From positions 5,518,001-5,582,000 of the forward strand of contig CATNEN010000005.1 in assembly GCA_950097015.1 (NCBI GenBank): 64,000 nucleotides of DNA. Reading direction: 5' to 3'. Shown here piece after piece: positions 24,136 through 36,561 of this stretch. The notes under the pieces were generated by a model. It saw nothing but the letters and a program-made list of their open reading frames with translations. It had not been told where the DNA came from and did no database searches. Within the stretch, counting starts at the first letter, position 1. Every line of letters begins with the position of its first letter. The position numbers were made by a program, and so were the translations under genes. The DNA comes from Macrostomum hystrix. Lineage: Eukaryota > Animalia > Platyhelminthes.

Positions 24136-24944
24136 ATGGTCTCATTTGATATTCCCGACACTCTATTGGGTTCGTTCGCCTTCTACTCTGCCGTGGTGCT
24201 GTCAAAGACCATGGCAATGTCTCTACTGACAGCGGTGAAACGAATCAAGAACAATGTAAGTCCGAGGCAGAGTACTTTTGGTTTTTAGTTATAATAATGT
24301 TAATTGTTGATTGCAAATATACTATTTTAAATTGGTGTATTTCGTTTCATAAACTACGTACTTTAAAGTAGTATCATCGGTACGAAAAATAATTTTTTAC
24401 TTTTGCTGTCATGTGACGTAAGAGGTCAAGCTAGGTGATAAGTCACGTGATGAAATATGTCAAGCTAGGTGATGACTTCACGTGATGAAATAGGTCAAGC
24501 CAGCTTATTTCAAAGAGTGACCTAATCAGGCACTTAACGTGTAAGGTGTAAGGTGAACGGCATGAGTCATAATAAATTATCGATATAATCATTCCATTTG
24601 AACGGATATCCAAGATCTACGCCAATCCGGAGGACGCCGCGCCCGCACGCAAGAAAGTCGTCTTCAACAACGAAATCGTAGAACGAGTACGTCGCAATCA
24701 TCTCAACGACTTGGAGAACATTTTGCCCTTCGTCCTACTCGGCGCTATCTACTTGTTTACCAATCCATCGGCCAGCACTGCTGTGTGGCATTTTCGAATC
24801 TTTGCCGCCAGTCGCATTGCCCACACCATCAGCTACCAGCTGGCTCTGCCGCAGCCGTCGCGTGCTCTGACCTTCTTTGTCGGTTTCATTGTCAACGTCT
24901 CCATGGCCTATAGGATCCTGATAAGCTTCAGCAAGTTCGCTTGA
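24136..24944 (+). CDS. MGST1: MGST1-like (MAPEG), copy 2; exons 24136-24255, 24615-24944; 149 aa
   Basis: IYANPEDAA, VERVRRNHLNDLEN in one uninterrupted exon, ALPQPSRAL; 450-nt ORF; acceptor is AAG. Confidence 0.9.
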
Positions 24945-26289
24945 ATTCTAAGAAAAGAAGATTCAATTACGAAACGTTCTAGAAATTAACTTATAGTCAT
25001 TGAATTTATTATCAATTAATAATTAGATAGGAAAAAACAATAATCTTGATCAAGACGACTTGAAATTCGCATTGAATTATTTGAAAAAATATTACTTCAA
25101 CATAAGAATTATAATATACTTAAATATATATTCTCGACCCGTCTTCGAACTTGATAATTCCCAGTCCCTTTTCATAATTTTGAGCTCTTTCGATCAATTT
25201 TCGGTTATTTCAGAGTACGATTCGGGTGTGACGAATATTTATACTCCGATTCAAACTCCCAGTTATAAAGAAGTCGAAGCGAACACGAAGTCGATTGACA
25301 ATTAATGGCGTGTAGCGGTAGCACTTAATATTAAACTGGAGCACTTTAGTTTGCCCTGGATTTTATTCCTCGCGAATACCACTCTGTTTGGTTTGGTTAT
25401 GGTTGGGTGACTATAGTTGGCAATGGCGTCTATGTTAATGGCAGTAGCAATGGAGTATATGACAAAGCGCAACTGGTGTCTATGGCGATGGCAATGGACT
25501 GGCAGAGGAGAAGATCCCGGCAGTGGGGCAGAGAGCAGAACACACAGTAGAGGGAAAACAGGCAGTGGAGGAGCGAGAATGGGGCGGGCGGCCAAATATA
25601 ACCAAACCCCGCGGAGTAGGGGTGGGAGTAGGGCTAAAGCGAAAAAACATTCACTTTCGATTAACATAATTTATGCGCGCACGCAGGATTGGCTAGAGAT
25701 GAAAAATGACAAATTGGCAAATTGGAAAAATTTGCGAACATATGGTTGTCCTCTGATGTTTACAATGAGTAGCACTGCAAGTGCGCAGTTTTTACACACG
25801 AACATAAATAAGATAGGGAGCTATTTTTAATAAATTTCCATAAGATCATTGCTTACGAAGATTGCAGAGGGAAAATGAATACAGCAATGGTTGAAAGTGA
25901 ATTATAAGCAACTATAGGGGATAATTAATAGACCGCAAAAAGTATATGTTCAACTGAGTATTATTTAATGAGTTATTCACGAATTTGAGTTTGCTTAAAC
26001 GGCCCTTTACGGGGCCACCCAAACTGGGCAGAATTACTGTCGTTAAATACGCATTGAACGCAAGTGACAACGGGCCTAGTCTAAACGCGAATATTGAAAC
26101 TTTCGCGTAGTTATTGTAAACTTGCGCAGCAGTTTAATTCCGTTCTATGCATTTAGATTTTCAACTCAGACTCCAAATTCAGATCTCAGATAAGTGAAAG
26201 AGCGCGCGCACTAAGTGAAGCAGTAGACTAGAATTTGACATCTTGGTGCGGCCGAGCCAAGTTCGACCATCCGGGTCGCCACGAAGAGG

Positions 26290-26570
26290 CGACGGCCGTT
26301 GGACATGAGCTCGTCCGTTCGTCTTGCTATGTCAGTCTGACCTCCAGTGTGTTAAAAACTTTAGAGCGCGTCATCACACCCCGGCTGACTTTTCTGGTCG
26401 AATCCCGGCAGCTGGCTGGCTTGGCAAGAAGCCGGTTTTCGTCACCAGCACAGCTGCGAGGACCTAATCTTGTCTGGTTTCCCAGTCATCAGTGACGGCT
26501 TTCAAAAAAGTCCTATGCGGCGCAGCATCGTGGCTTTCCTGAACTTTAGCAAGGCCTGCGACAAGTGTTG
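26290..26570 (+). pseudogene. I/Jockey-like LINE RT fragment (N-terminal RT domains)
   Basis: VSLTSSVLKTLERVI..RL; frameshifted DGFQK..VAFLNFSKACDK. Confidence 0.6.
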
Positions 26571-27389
26571 CGAGCTCCACCCTTAATATTGCGAGTCAAT
26601 TATATCCCCCGTGACGTCTTAAGTGCACTGTGCCCTTTTAACCAGTCCGCCGCCCAAATCCGGTTCTTTTAACGGGCTTGTGCCGGCTAGAGCCTGAGTC
26701 TTCTTCTGATTGGCTGAGGCTTCTCTCGCGTATCCTCGCCCTGCCGCGGCTCTGCGTAGCCCTGCCCCACCCCAAAGCCCTGCGTGGCTTCAGCCCTAGC
26801 CCAACCAATCAGGCGAACGACACCAAACGGTTTGTGTGACTGGGTCGGCAACTGATTGACAACCCATTTTTCTACGCCTCGTCGCTGGCGTCACCTTGCA
26901 TTGGCCTCCTCAACACTTTAATTAAAGTGTTATTTAAAGCGCAGAGCGCATTTTCCACCCATGCGTGGCGTGCTATGACGACAGAACGATTAAGAACTAT
27001 CCGAGAAACAAATGAATTTGCCTACGTCAGGCGTCGAAGCGTAGCGACTTCTCCGCAGACTTTCGATCTGCGGACATTCGATCCCTCCCGGTAAGACTTA
27101 GACTACGATTTAATCATTCTGCTGATCCTCACTCCGCTTTACCTACTATTATTATCTGTTGTCAGTGCGGTCAAAGTGGCTGTCTGCTTACCCGTGTTAT
27201 TATTTCCTGTCGGGTGGTCATCCGCTCACATGGCTGCGTACTAGTCTACTTTACGGGACAAGGAGTGTTAGTACGCTTCTTGCCTCTTGCTTTCCCAGAT
27301 CCCGAAGTCTCTGAACGCCTCGCGGTTGCTGGTCCCCTCTCAATTTTCTTTCTCCTGTGGGTAAACTCCGGGTGATCTGGTACTCGAAT

Positions 27390-27660
27390 CCCCGTGTGTA
27401 CACTGCTCACGGCCTGCCCTGAGGCCCAGCACCAGTCGCACCCCCTGGAATACAACAAAACGTCTGGATCCTCCTCACCCTGCTCGAGGAGGGGTACCGG
27501 ACCTTTTTATCCACCGGATCCGCTCTTTCTGTGCAATCCCGCCCGCAGATCTAGCTCCTCGGCTACAACATTCCTGTCAATTACTTCCCCCGCTTCATCG
27601 GGGTCTACATCGATCGCTCGCTCTGCTTCCATCGGCAGGTCGACAAGGTCCTACATGCCA
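27390..27660 (+). pseudogene. I/Jockey-like LINE RT fragment (C-terminal RT domains)
   Basis: GYNIPVNYFPRFIGVYIDRSLCFHRQVDKV in a frame not shown in the ORF track. Confidence 0.55.
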
Positions 27661-27664
27661 TCGG

Positions 27665-28470
27665 CAGCAGTTGTCTTTATTGATTTCCTTAAGGCTTTCG
27701 ACTCGTCGGCTCGCGGCGCGCTGCATCTCATGCTTCGTGCGTACAATGTACCGAGCAACTGACTTCCGCCATCATGGCGATGTAACAGGATACGAACGCT
27801 TCGGCGATGACGCCAGATACTGTCGGACCATTGCAGCACGTCGTCAGGCGTGCTGCAGGGTGACACTCTTGCGTCTTTTCTGTTTGTGCTGGCACTGGAC
27901 TGGGTGATAAAGACCGGCCTGCCCAACGCGGATAACGGCTTCCTGCTGAGAAGGCGCACGAGTCGGCGGCACCAGGAGAAGCGGCTTTCCGTTCTCAGCT
28001 ACGCGAATGACCTCGCGCTGCTGTCATCGATGGCCGGCGGCAGCATCGCGGGTCGGCCTCATCCGGAAGACGGTCATCTTTTCGGTGCCCTCTTACCTGC
28101 CTGCCGAGATCGACTATCGAGACACTGCCAGGGTAGCAATTAGGCTTACCCACTGTCAGCGGTTCTTGTACCTCAGTGGCCTCGTGCCGGACGCTGCCGA
28201 TTGTTATGGCTTTGAGCAACTGAAGATTTGTTGCATTGACATTTTGTTTATGGGCAAAGCCCAAAGTAAATGTATTTAGTATTTGAAAGAACTCCTCGGC
28301 TAAAGCACTAAAAGGAAAGTAAAAGGTGCACAAAATCCGAACGAAATAAAGAGCTAAGAGTGCAGTACCTACAACTTCCAAGGAGTCTAAGTTCCTTCCT
28401 TTGGGCCACGACACCGATGACCTGGCGAGGCGACGAGGACTGGCCTGGTCCGCGTTTCGCTCTGTGCGCT
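27665..28470 (+). pseudogene. RTE-like LINE RT fragment
   Basis: VFIDFLKAFDS, LRAYNVP, LQGDTLASFLFVLALD, RRRTSRRH, SYANDLALLS, DLARRRGLAWSAF. Confidence 0.75.
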
Positions 28471-28519
28471 CTGAGACCCTAGAGTCCTAGTGCTTGGTTT
28501 CACTTGGCAACCGGGCAGC

Positions 28520-29439
28520 AGGGCCTAGGTATCCCAGTGTTTGAGGACCTGATACCGCTGCTGCGGCGAGAATGACGAGACAAGATGACGGATTCGATTG
28601 ATCCTGTGTCGCAGCAAGCTGGATCTCGGATGAAGGGCCACTAACAGCCGGGCTAGACCCGAAGAATGCTCGAAGAGCAATTCAAGAGGCAGCCCATGAG
28701 AGTTATCTAAAGACGCACAGAGGCAAGTTGATAAGGGCGCGTTGGGCCTCGATTGTGCCAACTGAGTGGCTGTTCCGTGAATATTTCCCAGCTGGGAAAT
28801 TCATCACGATTTAAAAGATCTTGAGTAGAACCATTCCCACCCGACAATTCATCCATCCGGGTCAAAAGGTCTTCGAGGTCCTGAAGTTTAGGCGATGTGG
28901 GCAGACGGTGGAGACCGACCTGCACGTCTTCAACGAGTGCCCCGCAACCAAACTCGTAGCGATGAGGCGGCATAATTTCTGCGATATCGTTACAAGCCAT
29001 CTTCAGGACTCTGGCTGGTCGGTTGATCAGAAGAAGCTGATCCAAGTTGACCTGGAGAAATATCGGCCTGACCTCATTGCGGTGAAACCAAGTTCAGATT
29101 ATAGACTTGGCAGTGGCTTATGAAACAAGCGTTGCGACGCTGCCAAGGAGGGAGTCTGAGAAAGAGCGAAAGTACTTTGTCAGCAAAGAGGCCGTCAGTG
29201 GTCTCTACGGCCTTGACCGTCAGGCCGACGTGCGAGCAGTAGGAATTGTAGTTGGTAGCCTCTGGACAGTGGTCAGATTGACCAAAGAAAAGTTGTGCGC
29301 TATGGACATAAAGGGGTCCAAGATTTTCAAAGCTCAGCATCGCAGCCTTTCGAGGAACAGTACGTTGCTGGAAGAAATTCCAGGCTGGATAAAAGCTATG
29401 CGGAATCTTTACCTGGGGCACGGTTTGCCTAGCGGGTAA
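28520..29439 (+). pseudogene. R2/NeSL-like non-LTR element 3' portion (CCHC knuckle + restriction-like endonuclease)
   Basis: RRCGQTVETDLHVFNECP..RRHN, YRPDLIAV, VAVAYE, KERKY; frameshifted. Confidence 0.78.
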
Positions 29440-29842
29440 GACCCTCGATTTTGGACCCTTTAATGTCTACTTGGATGCACTTGAAAGTTTCCAATGTTGG
29501 CTGTTGGCTGTCTGTTCTTTGACATGAATGAGTGGATTGGAAAAATTATGAGAAGTATTGTTTCTAAATAAGAGAAAGAAAATTCGAAAATGGTGCGAGA
29601 TACATACCATATGTGACTATATTCCGTAATTTGACATCTCGCCTTACCGAATCTCAGTAATTGCGAATTGCAAAGAAATTTAAGAATTTAACTCCAGTAA
29701 CGACATTCATTTCTTTATACTTGTACTTGCACATTATTACAACAATGGAACACATAAATAAATGCAGCCTTATTTAGCATTTCAAAGTCTAAATATTCAT
29801 GATTTCTGAGTTTTAGAAGCATACATAATTGTTTTACAACTA

Positions 29843-30676
29843 TAGCTTTTTGCTAATGAATTCAGCCTATCTGCAAAACATTTCAGCCAGCCAGGGCCAG
29901 CCCATTGAGTGGAAGCCAGAATTCCCCATAGACAACTGGCTCATCCCGCAGAACTTTTTGCAAATCAATTCAGCCTATCCGCAAAACCTTTCAGCCAGTC
30001 AACTTAACGTTGTTTGTCGCAGTGGCAGTCCCCCATAGAACTCCAGTGAGAAAAGTTACGTAGGGTGCTTTCTGCCATAGACAACTTGCTTCTGCTACCC
30101 ACAAAGCCGCAAAACCTTTCATTACTCAACCTTACTCTCCATTTCTCAACCCTGCTGAGTGCGCCGGTTCATGCGTCAAGGCTGCAGTCAAGCGAACTCT
30201 GTCGGCTCCCAATATGCAGCAGGAGATTGCAAATGGGCCAGCTGCGGCAAATCTGACTCTGCATGCTTGGCGAATGCTCATTCTCAAACGGGAGGTGGAG
30301 GCTGCACTGCCGGTGATTACCAGGGAGAAATGCATGCAGTGGAGTCATCACACCACTCGCTACTACGGACGGTGCTTGAACCGCGAAGACATTCTTTTCT
30401 AATCTTGCTATAATTCATGAACTCAAGAACTTACCAATTGTTTTTATATTTTTCAATGTTGGAGCCCATGTTACATAGTTACAGAGTTACAGAGTTATTT
30501 TGTATTGGTTTGCATGCAGTTAAAAATTGGAATTGGACGAATTATATTGCAGATTGGCTGAATTGTTCTGCGGGATGAGCCAATTGTCTATGGGGAATTC
30601 TGGCTTCCACTCAATGGGCTGGCCCTGGCTGGCTGAAAGCTTTTGCAGATAGGCTGAATTCATTTGCAAAAAGCTA
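29843..30676 (+). mobile_element. Non-autonomous Tc1/IS630-like deletion derivative
   Basis: About 115-bp TIRs starting TAGCTTTTTGC, TA TSD; retains the transposase C-terminus (LNPAE..NLTLHAWRMLILKREVEAAL) homologous to 39854-40138. Confidence 0.88.
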
Positions 30677-30763
30677 TAATAGTTCTGTCTATGGATTTGT
30701 CTATGGAAAATCCTTAGACAGAGCTGCGTTGTCTCATAATTTCAAGGGCGCCACAAGCATGAT

Positions 30764-30841
30764 CCATAGACGAAAGTAGCGGGCACGGAATGCATTCCTG
30801 CCCGCGTCTAAATCATTCCTGCCTGGCACTTTAGTCTATGG
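30764..30841. other. 78-bp nested inverted repeat upstream of Crypton-like element 2
   Basis: CCATAGACGAAAGT..ACTTTAGTCTATGG enclosing GCGGGCACGGAATG/CATTCCTGCCCGC. Confidence 0.8.
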
Positions 30842-30989
30842 AAAACTGAGATTTTGCTCTATTTTTTAAGAAGCCGAGAGAATTCGGAGAGAGAGAATAT
30901 AATTCAGGAGCGTTAACCTGAAAATGATTAAATTGCAAAGAATTGCCACAGGCGATATTAGTGGCTTGAATAGTGCTGAATTGGATTTC

Positions 30990-32225
30990 ATGTCCAAATT
31001 GTCCAAGTGCGCCGAGGCGACGATCGATCAGTGGGTCGGGACTGCCAATCCTGGACCTCAATGAGGTGGAGACATTTCTGACGGATCTACGGGATCCGGA
31101 AGTTTGGTATCGTGACTTGGATGTGCAAGAGCTAGAGGGCATCAACGGCTTGCGCAATCGTCCAAGTCACCATCAACCGTAGCGACTACTAAGAATCACG
31201 TTGATCGGTTCAAGAAATTTCTTCGAGAGAAAAACCTGCCTGACGACATTAGCTTATTTCATCGAGAGCATGCCATTGCGCTACTTAGACGGCTATCTTC
31301 ACCTATTGTATGTTAGTCTGCGAGCGAATCCTGCGCTTGGAACGAAGACCTATGCACCGGATACGATTCGTGGCTTTCGGGCAAGCATTCACCGATTTGT
31401 GAAGGAGACACGTGCCATTGATGTCATTGGCAACGAAGTATTCCGGCTGAGCAACGAAACCTATTCGTGTGTTCTACGCCTTAGTTGCCAGCTACGAGAG
31501 CGAACTTCGGGCGAACAGCCTGGATTCAGCGCGATCACGGATTCCGACATGGCCCTTCTGAAACAATATTTCACTCGACGGGATCCAGTGCGGCTTGAGG
31601 ATGAAGTTTTTTTAAATATCGTTTACCATTTCGGATTTCGAGGTTGTGAATGGATTAGGGATATCAAGTTGTCTTGACTGCAATTCTCTGTGGTCAATAA
31701 TGTGAGGTGCATTGACATGATCCAAACTGGTCGGGAGAAGACTATCACTGCCGAAGACCGTGGTAAGTGCAGGACAAGCAAGCAGATAAGAATGTTCAGT
31801 ATCCAAGGCCAGAATTGTCCAGTAGAAGCGGTGGACCTGTACGTGTCTAAGCTGCCACCAGGAACGGATGTTTTGTTTCCGAAGCCAATCAAGGTCAGGC
31901 CTGATTCGGCAGTATGGTATTCTCATTAGCAGGTTCTGGGAAAGAACACACTATTCGATATGATGAAGGGCATCTCAAAGCGCGCTGGTCTACAGTTCGA
32001 GTACACCAACCATTGCATTCGCGCAACAGTTGTTACTAACCTGACGGAAGCCGGACACAGTTTGCAGGAGATCAAATCTGTGACAGGTACGAGCGTACGT
32101 GCGTAGTATTTTGGTGTGTTTAATTGGCAGATTATTAAATATATTTTTTATGCGGCGACCATTTCACAGGGCATCGGAGTGACGCGGCTGTTGTTCGCTA
32201 TGTCAGCAGAATTTCTAAAAAATGA
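30990..32225 (+). pseudogene. Tyrosine recombinase (Crypton-like element 2), frameshifts and stops, intron 32087-32169
   Basis: YHFGFRG (R), NCPVEAV, YTNHCIRATVVT (HxxR), VTG|HRSDAAVVRY (H, Y). Confidence 0.85.
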
Positions 32226-32995
32226 AATAGTATCAATATAAGCTAGGCAGCCCTTCCACCGGTACAGAGCACCCTGCAGCTAAGTCAAAGCTAGGCAGCC
32301 CCTTAGTTCACATAGTAAATATATTGATTTTAGATAAACTATAGGCCTACTATGGCTAAACCATTTGCAATATGTCTAGCTATTTGGTGTCAAATATAAT
32401 TTCTTTTCTATTCTACTATTCTATAGATATGCTATTTTATAATAAGCTAGTCTTCAAACGTATTTTATAGACCTAGGACTATGGACTACTATAATATTGT
32501 CTCTAAATATAGATGCCATATTATAACATTTAAAATCATTATAGGTGCGATCCGCAAGGGAGTGAGGAGAGAGGCACGAAAGACCTGGTCGCGTCCATGC
32601 CGCAAGGCGATAAAAGGACAAAAGAAGAAGAAGAAGGCGCACGCCGGTGGCACATGCGACCGTGGGCTGCCTCTGGGTCGAGTCTCCACGAGCCGGCCGA
32701 CTACGAGATCTGCAATGAAGAAGAGGCGGGAGAGGTACCAGGTGATGTGGTTGTCCAGCCGTCGGACAGTCCGTCGCCCTCCCAATTCCGTTCCCTATCC
32801 CGCCCTCTGTGCACGGGGGAGTTGCAGATAAGGTTAGGGCTGAGAATGTAGGGGAGGCTGCTCAGTATCAGGAAGTAGGTGAAGCTAGGGATCTAGAGCC
32901 GCGGCAAAGGCCGCAGAGAGTTAGACGAGAGCCTGAAAGGCTGCAAATAGATCCTAGCAAGAAATCCTACTTCATCAGAGCAATGTATGGCCTAC

Positions 32996-35318
32996 TGAAA
33001 TGGTTATGGAGGTTTGAAGCCAATGACCTGCCCTCATGAAAGGTGGGAGATTGGGGACGAGCGATAGAGTCGATTGTCTATCTTCACGCGAGATGCCGCG
33101 GAGAGAGGGAGGGGAGAAAAGGGGAGATGAGGAGGTTTAATTGATGCAGGGAGTGGTCCTATTGGCCTCAGGCTGGCCAGTCCCACTCGTCCCATAGGCC
33201 ACAGGCATGACTGCCGTGCCTACCCCAAGCAATGCTCGAAACCGGCGAAAAGTCTAACGGGGCGTCGGATATCCGGAATCGGACAAGACAGGGCTAGGTA
33301 GCCTACTGTCGTCAGTAGTGCGGTACGCCACTGACTCCTAGCTTTGGTAGCGGTGGTCGAAACGGCCCAGGCTCTTGTCACAGAAATGCGGAAAGGCTAT
33401 TGGCAAAGCGGAAAATGATCTCAGGTAGCGCCACCACCCAATGCGCCTACGTTGCCACCGCAGGCATTTGGGAACTTGGGTCCCCGGAGTACACAGCTCC
33501 TAGTTTATCACGCAGATCTAGACAAGCCGAAAATAGGGCATTACTGCAACTTCCGTTTTAGACTGGGGCGAGAGCCCCAGAATGGATCGAGACACGCCTC
33601 AAAGGGGATTCCTGAATTCGCGCTACAGGGGTCTAGAAAGGTGGTACTAAGAACTTGAATGAGAATCCATAGCCGGAATCCTACTTATCTCACATCAGGC
33701 ACATTCCATACATTAGACTGCAGCCTACGCATTAAGTAACTAACAAATCTGAATCCGTGTGAGTGGAGGAGATCAGATGCTGGAGAGATTAAGCAGAACA
33801 ACTGGCTGAGTGATTGCATAAGCGAAAGATTATTTGACCCTCGCTCTCACTCCTGTGGCGGCAGTCGCGAGAGGAGGGGGAATAGAAGGGGAACTCCATT
33901 GGCAAGGGAGTTTGACACGTACCCTTTGACCCGCCAGGAAGAGAGGAAAACCCGCCAAGGAATCCCCCACACCCGGCAGAGATGCACATGCTACGCTCCG
34001 CATCTGCCCGCAAATCCCTAGCTGTTTATTGCTCTCATGCGCGCTTGCAGTTGCCTTCCTGCCGCAGCCTTCAGCTCGGCCTCACCAGAGCCCACTCCCT
34101 AGAAGATTAGCCACTCATAGCTGAGAGCTGTCTAAAAGAGAAATAAATAGTAGAAAGCGACAAGGATATGATTTAAATTGTGCTTAAATTTGGCCTAAGT
34201 CGAATAATGGCTAACGTTGAACGGTTTATTAAGCCAAAAGAACCCCAATGCCCTTGCCCGCTATTATGCCGCCTAGCTAGTAGGAAAGTCCCTTAAGAGT
34301 AACAATTAAAAACCGCTACGCGGCTTACTTAGCTTGATATGCCGGTCGCGTGCTGCAGTTCTGTAGTTCTCGAGGGAGGGCAGGGCAAGATCAGCGAGGA
34401 CAGAGGAGGGGAAAGCTAATTGTGAGCTGGCAGGGGCCAACACACCAGTGGAGCGCAAGGCTCAATTCGAAGGCTCACCTAAAGAGGTGGCTTGCACTAT
34501 TCTGGGCTTATAGACAGGCAATGAGCCTGTGAGCGTTAGATGAGCTTAAAGCTCTAGGGTCTAAGCCCTAAGTGGAAGAATTTGGTCCGGAAGGGAGGTC
34601 CGGTCCTCGGGAGGGTCCGTGGACAGAAAAGTGTCCGGACGGGTTTGATTCGGGATCCCGGAGGAGAAGCATGACTGGGGGCAGCGCAGTGCGCTTCCTT
34701 TTATAGTCCTGCAGCACGCCAACCACGACATTCATCGAAATAACCCACATCCGCGCCAGCCTGTCATCGAGGAATCGGAGCGGCGATGGCCACCCCGATT
34801 ACCCAATGAACCAGCGGCGAGAAACGACAGATGCTCCTTTACGAGCAGCCGCCGGCAGTGGGCCAATAATTGTTACTCCACGGGGACAATGGGAAGCGCA
34901 GGCGCCGACCTGCCTACAGTGACATTACGAGTCATGTATCTAAGAGGAAAGGTCATATAATCGAGCTGGGCTCGGACTACACTAAAGAAGAGGGGACATG
35001 AAGAATTATTGATCACTTGAGATGCCTGAGTGATTTCCAATATCTGATCGCGGTTTGGAGGGGAATTATGACCTAAACTAGCTCATAAAATAAAGTTATG
35101 GCCCGCGATCAGTCACTCCTACGGGGGTCTAGAACAGATCCAGGGAGAGGGGATTCAACGGCTACTTAATTCACCGCCGCCCCAAACCCGGCCCTAAGAT
35201 TAATGATCTTACTTTTGTGGCCAGCTGCTAGTTGGGTCGCGATTATTGATTGCCTAAAATTTCGAAAAATTCTGCTGGCTCACATCCTCACTCGATTCTC
35301 GTAGCACACTCCACATCA
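32996..35318 (-). mobile_element. Solo LTR, family X copy A (2323 bp)
   Basis: TG..CA ends, 4-bp TSD CTAC on both sides; minus-strand TATAAAAG (34698-34705) and AATAAA (34225-34230). Confidence 0.88.
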
Positions 35319-35413
35319 CTACCTACAATGTTTCAGTGATCTCCTCTTTCCGAAGCTTGGCTAGAAGCAGCCCAAAAAGAAACTACAACAGAATAAAGAA
35401 GATTTGGGAGAAT

Positions 35414-36329
35414 ATGGAAGATAAAAATAAGCTACCCGAGGAGCGTCTACCAACGCGTCCCCGTCTGATGGGAATTGTGAGGAGAGTTGATGCGCCAACA
35501 GAGGTAAGCACGCGGGTTGAGATCCTGAGGGGCCAGTTTGGCAAAAGTGCGCCCTTTCCACGGGGTCAGCGCTCGCCGAATTGGCACCATCAATTTATGC
35601 CCTCACTACCCCGTTCACAGCAGCCCGTCAAGCGCCTGGCTAGTAGAGCACCAGGACCGCCACTCAAGAAGCCCTGTAAGGCCACCCAGGCGGTGCCTAT
35701 CACCGTTGAGGTTGGCGTACAGGTAAGGAGGCCTGTATTCAGCAGCAGCAGCGGATCGGATGAAGCACAAGTAGATCCGCAGGAAGACGTGTGGGCAGCC
35801 CTGCAGGAAGGCATGCCCTCGAAGGACGAAGGTCTCTCCGATCCCGACTTTCCGAGGAACTGCCAATCGCGGAGGGGCCGGCAGCTCCACCACCACTGCC
35901 ATGGCAGCCGCCCCAGACGTCATCGTCAAGTGACGTCTCCCCGTTCTGGAGGAGGCCGGGGGTGAGGCCAGGCCGAGAAGAAGGCGAGGCGGCACCAAGC
36001 GACGCAGGCAACGGCGAGCGTAGTGGGGCCGTAGGGCGCAGGATCGAGGAGCCGGTATCCCAGGAATGGCGCAGTCGCTGGCGAGAGCGGCGCGCGGTCT
36101 GCGAGTCGAAGGATGGCCGGCGGAAGTGCACCACGGATTCGCCAACAAGGAGAGGGCAACCAGGCGTGAGATGGCCCAAGAGGCGGCGGCCAGAGCTGAG
36201 GTATTGGCCGTGGGGCCGACAACGATGCCACACCTGCTGCTAGCCAGGTACGGGCAGGCAGTAGTAGAGCTTGTAGAGGGATGGTGGCTACCGGAGGCAC
36301 TGATGCGGATGGCCCAAACCAATGAGTAG
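35414..36329 (+). pseudogene. Orphan ORF3 of family Y, copy 1 (2 frameshifts, 1 stop)
   Basis: Protein-level similarity over about 200 aa to the open copy at 44809-45430. Confidence 0.7.
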
Positions 36330-36561
36330 CCGGCCGGGTCAACATCACAGACTCCGGCCACGGAAGAGGGCCATTGTTTTTGTTGGTGAAGTTTTGCCTA
36401 TTGTGTTGCCATTGTTTTATTCAGCGTGCGCCATAACTCCGTAGAGTTTTTTTTGTTAAAAGCATATCCAGATCATGGATCGTGTTTGGTCGAGGCATTG
36501 TTTATTTAGTATGATTTTAGTATGATTAGTATGATTAGAATGATTATGATTTAGTATGAAC

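Noticed and set aside
25302-25830. 121-aa and 137-aa ORFs
   Set aside because: Purine-rich low-complexity sequence without motifs or splice support
26290-29439. One continuous LINE ORF2
   Set aside because: The RT motifs are duplicated and of different clade types, and the RLE tail does not fit RTE or Jockey elements
34555-34580. Twister ribozyme (GGGTCTAAGCCC..GAAGA)
   Set aside because: No matching P1/P2 with the UAA and GCC elements in either permutation; the GAAGA pairing is absent in copies B and D
32996-35318. Family X repeat as the LTR of the BEL element, or as a protein-coding region
   Set aside because: It has its own TSDs and PBS in the opposite orientation, a separate BEL LTR candidate exists, and its short ORFs are not conserved between copies
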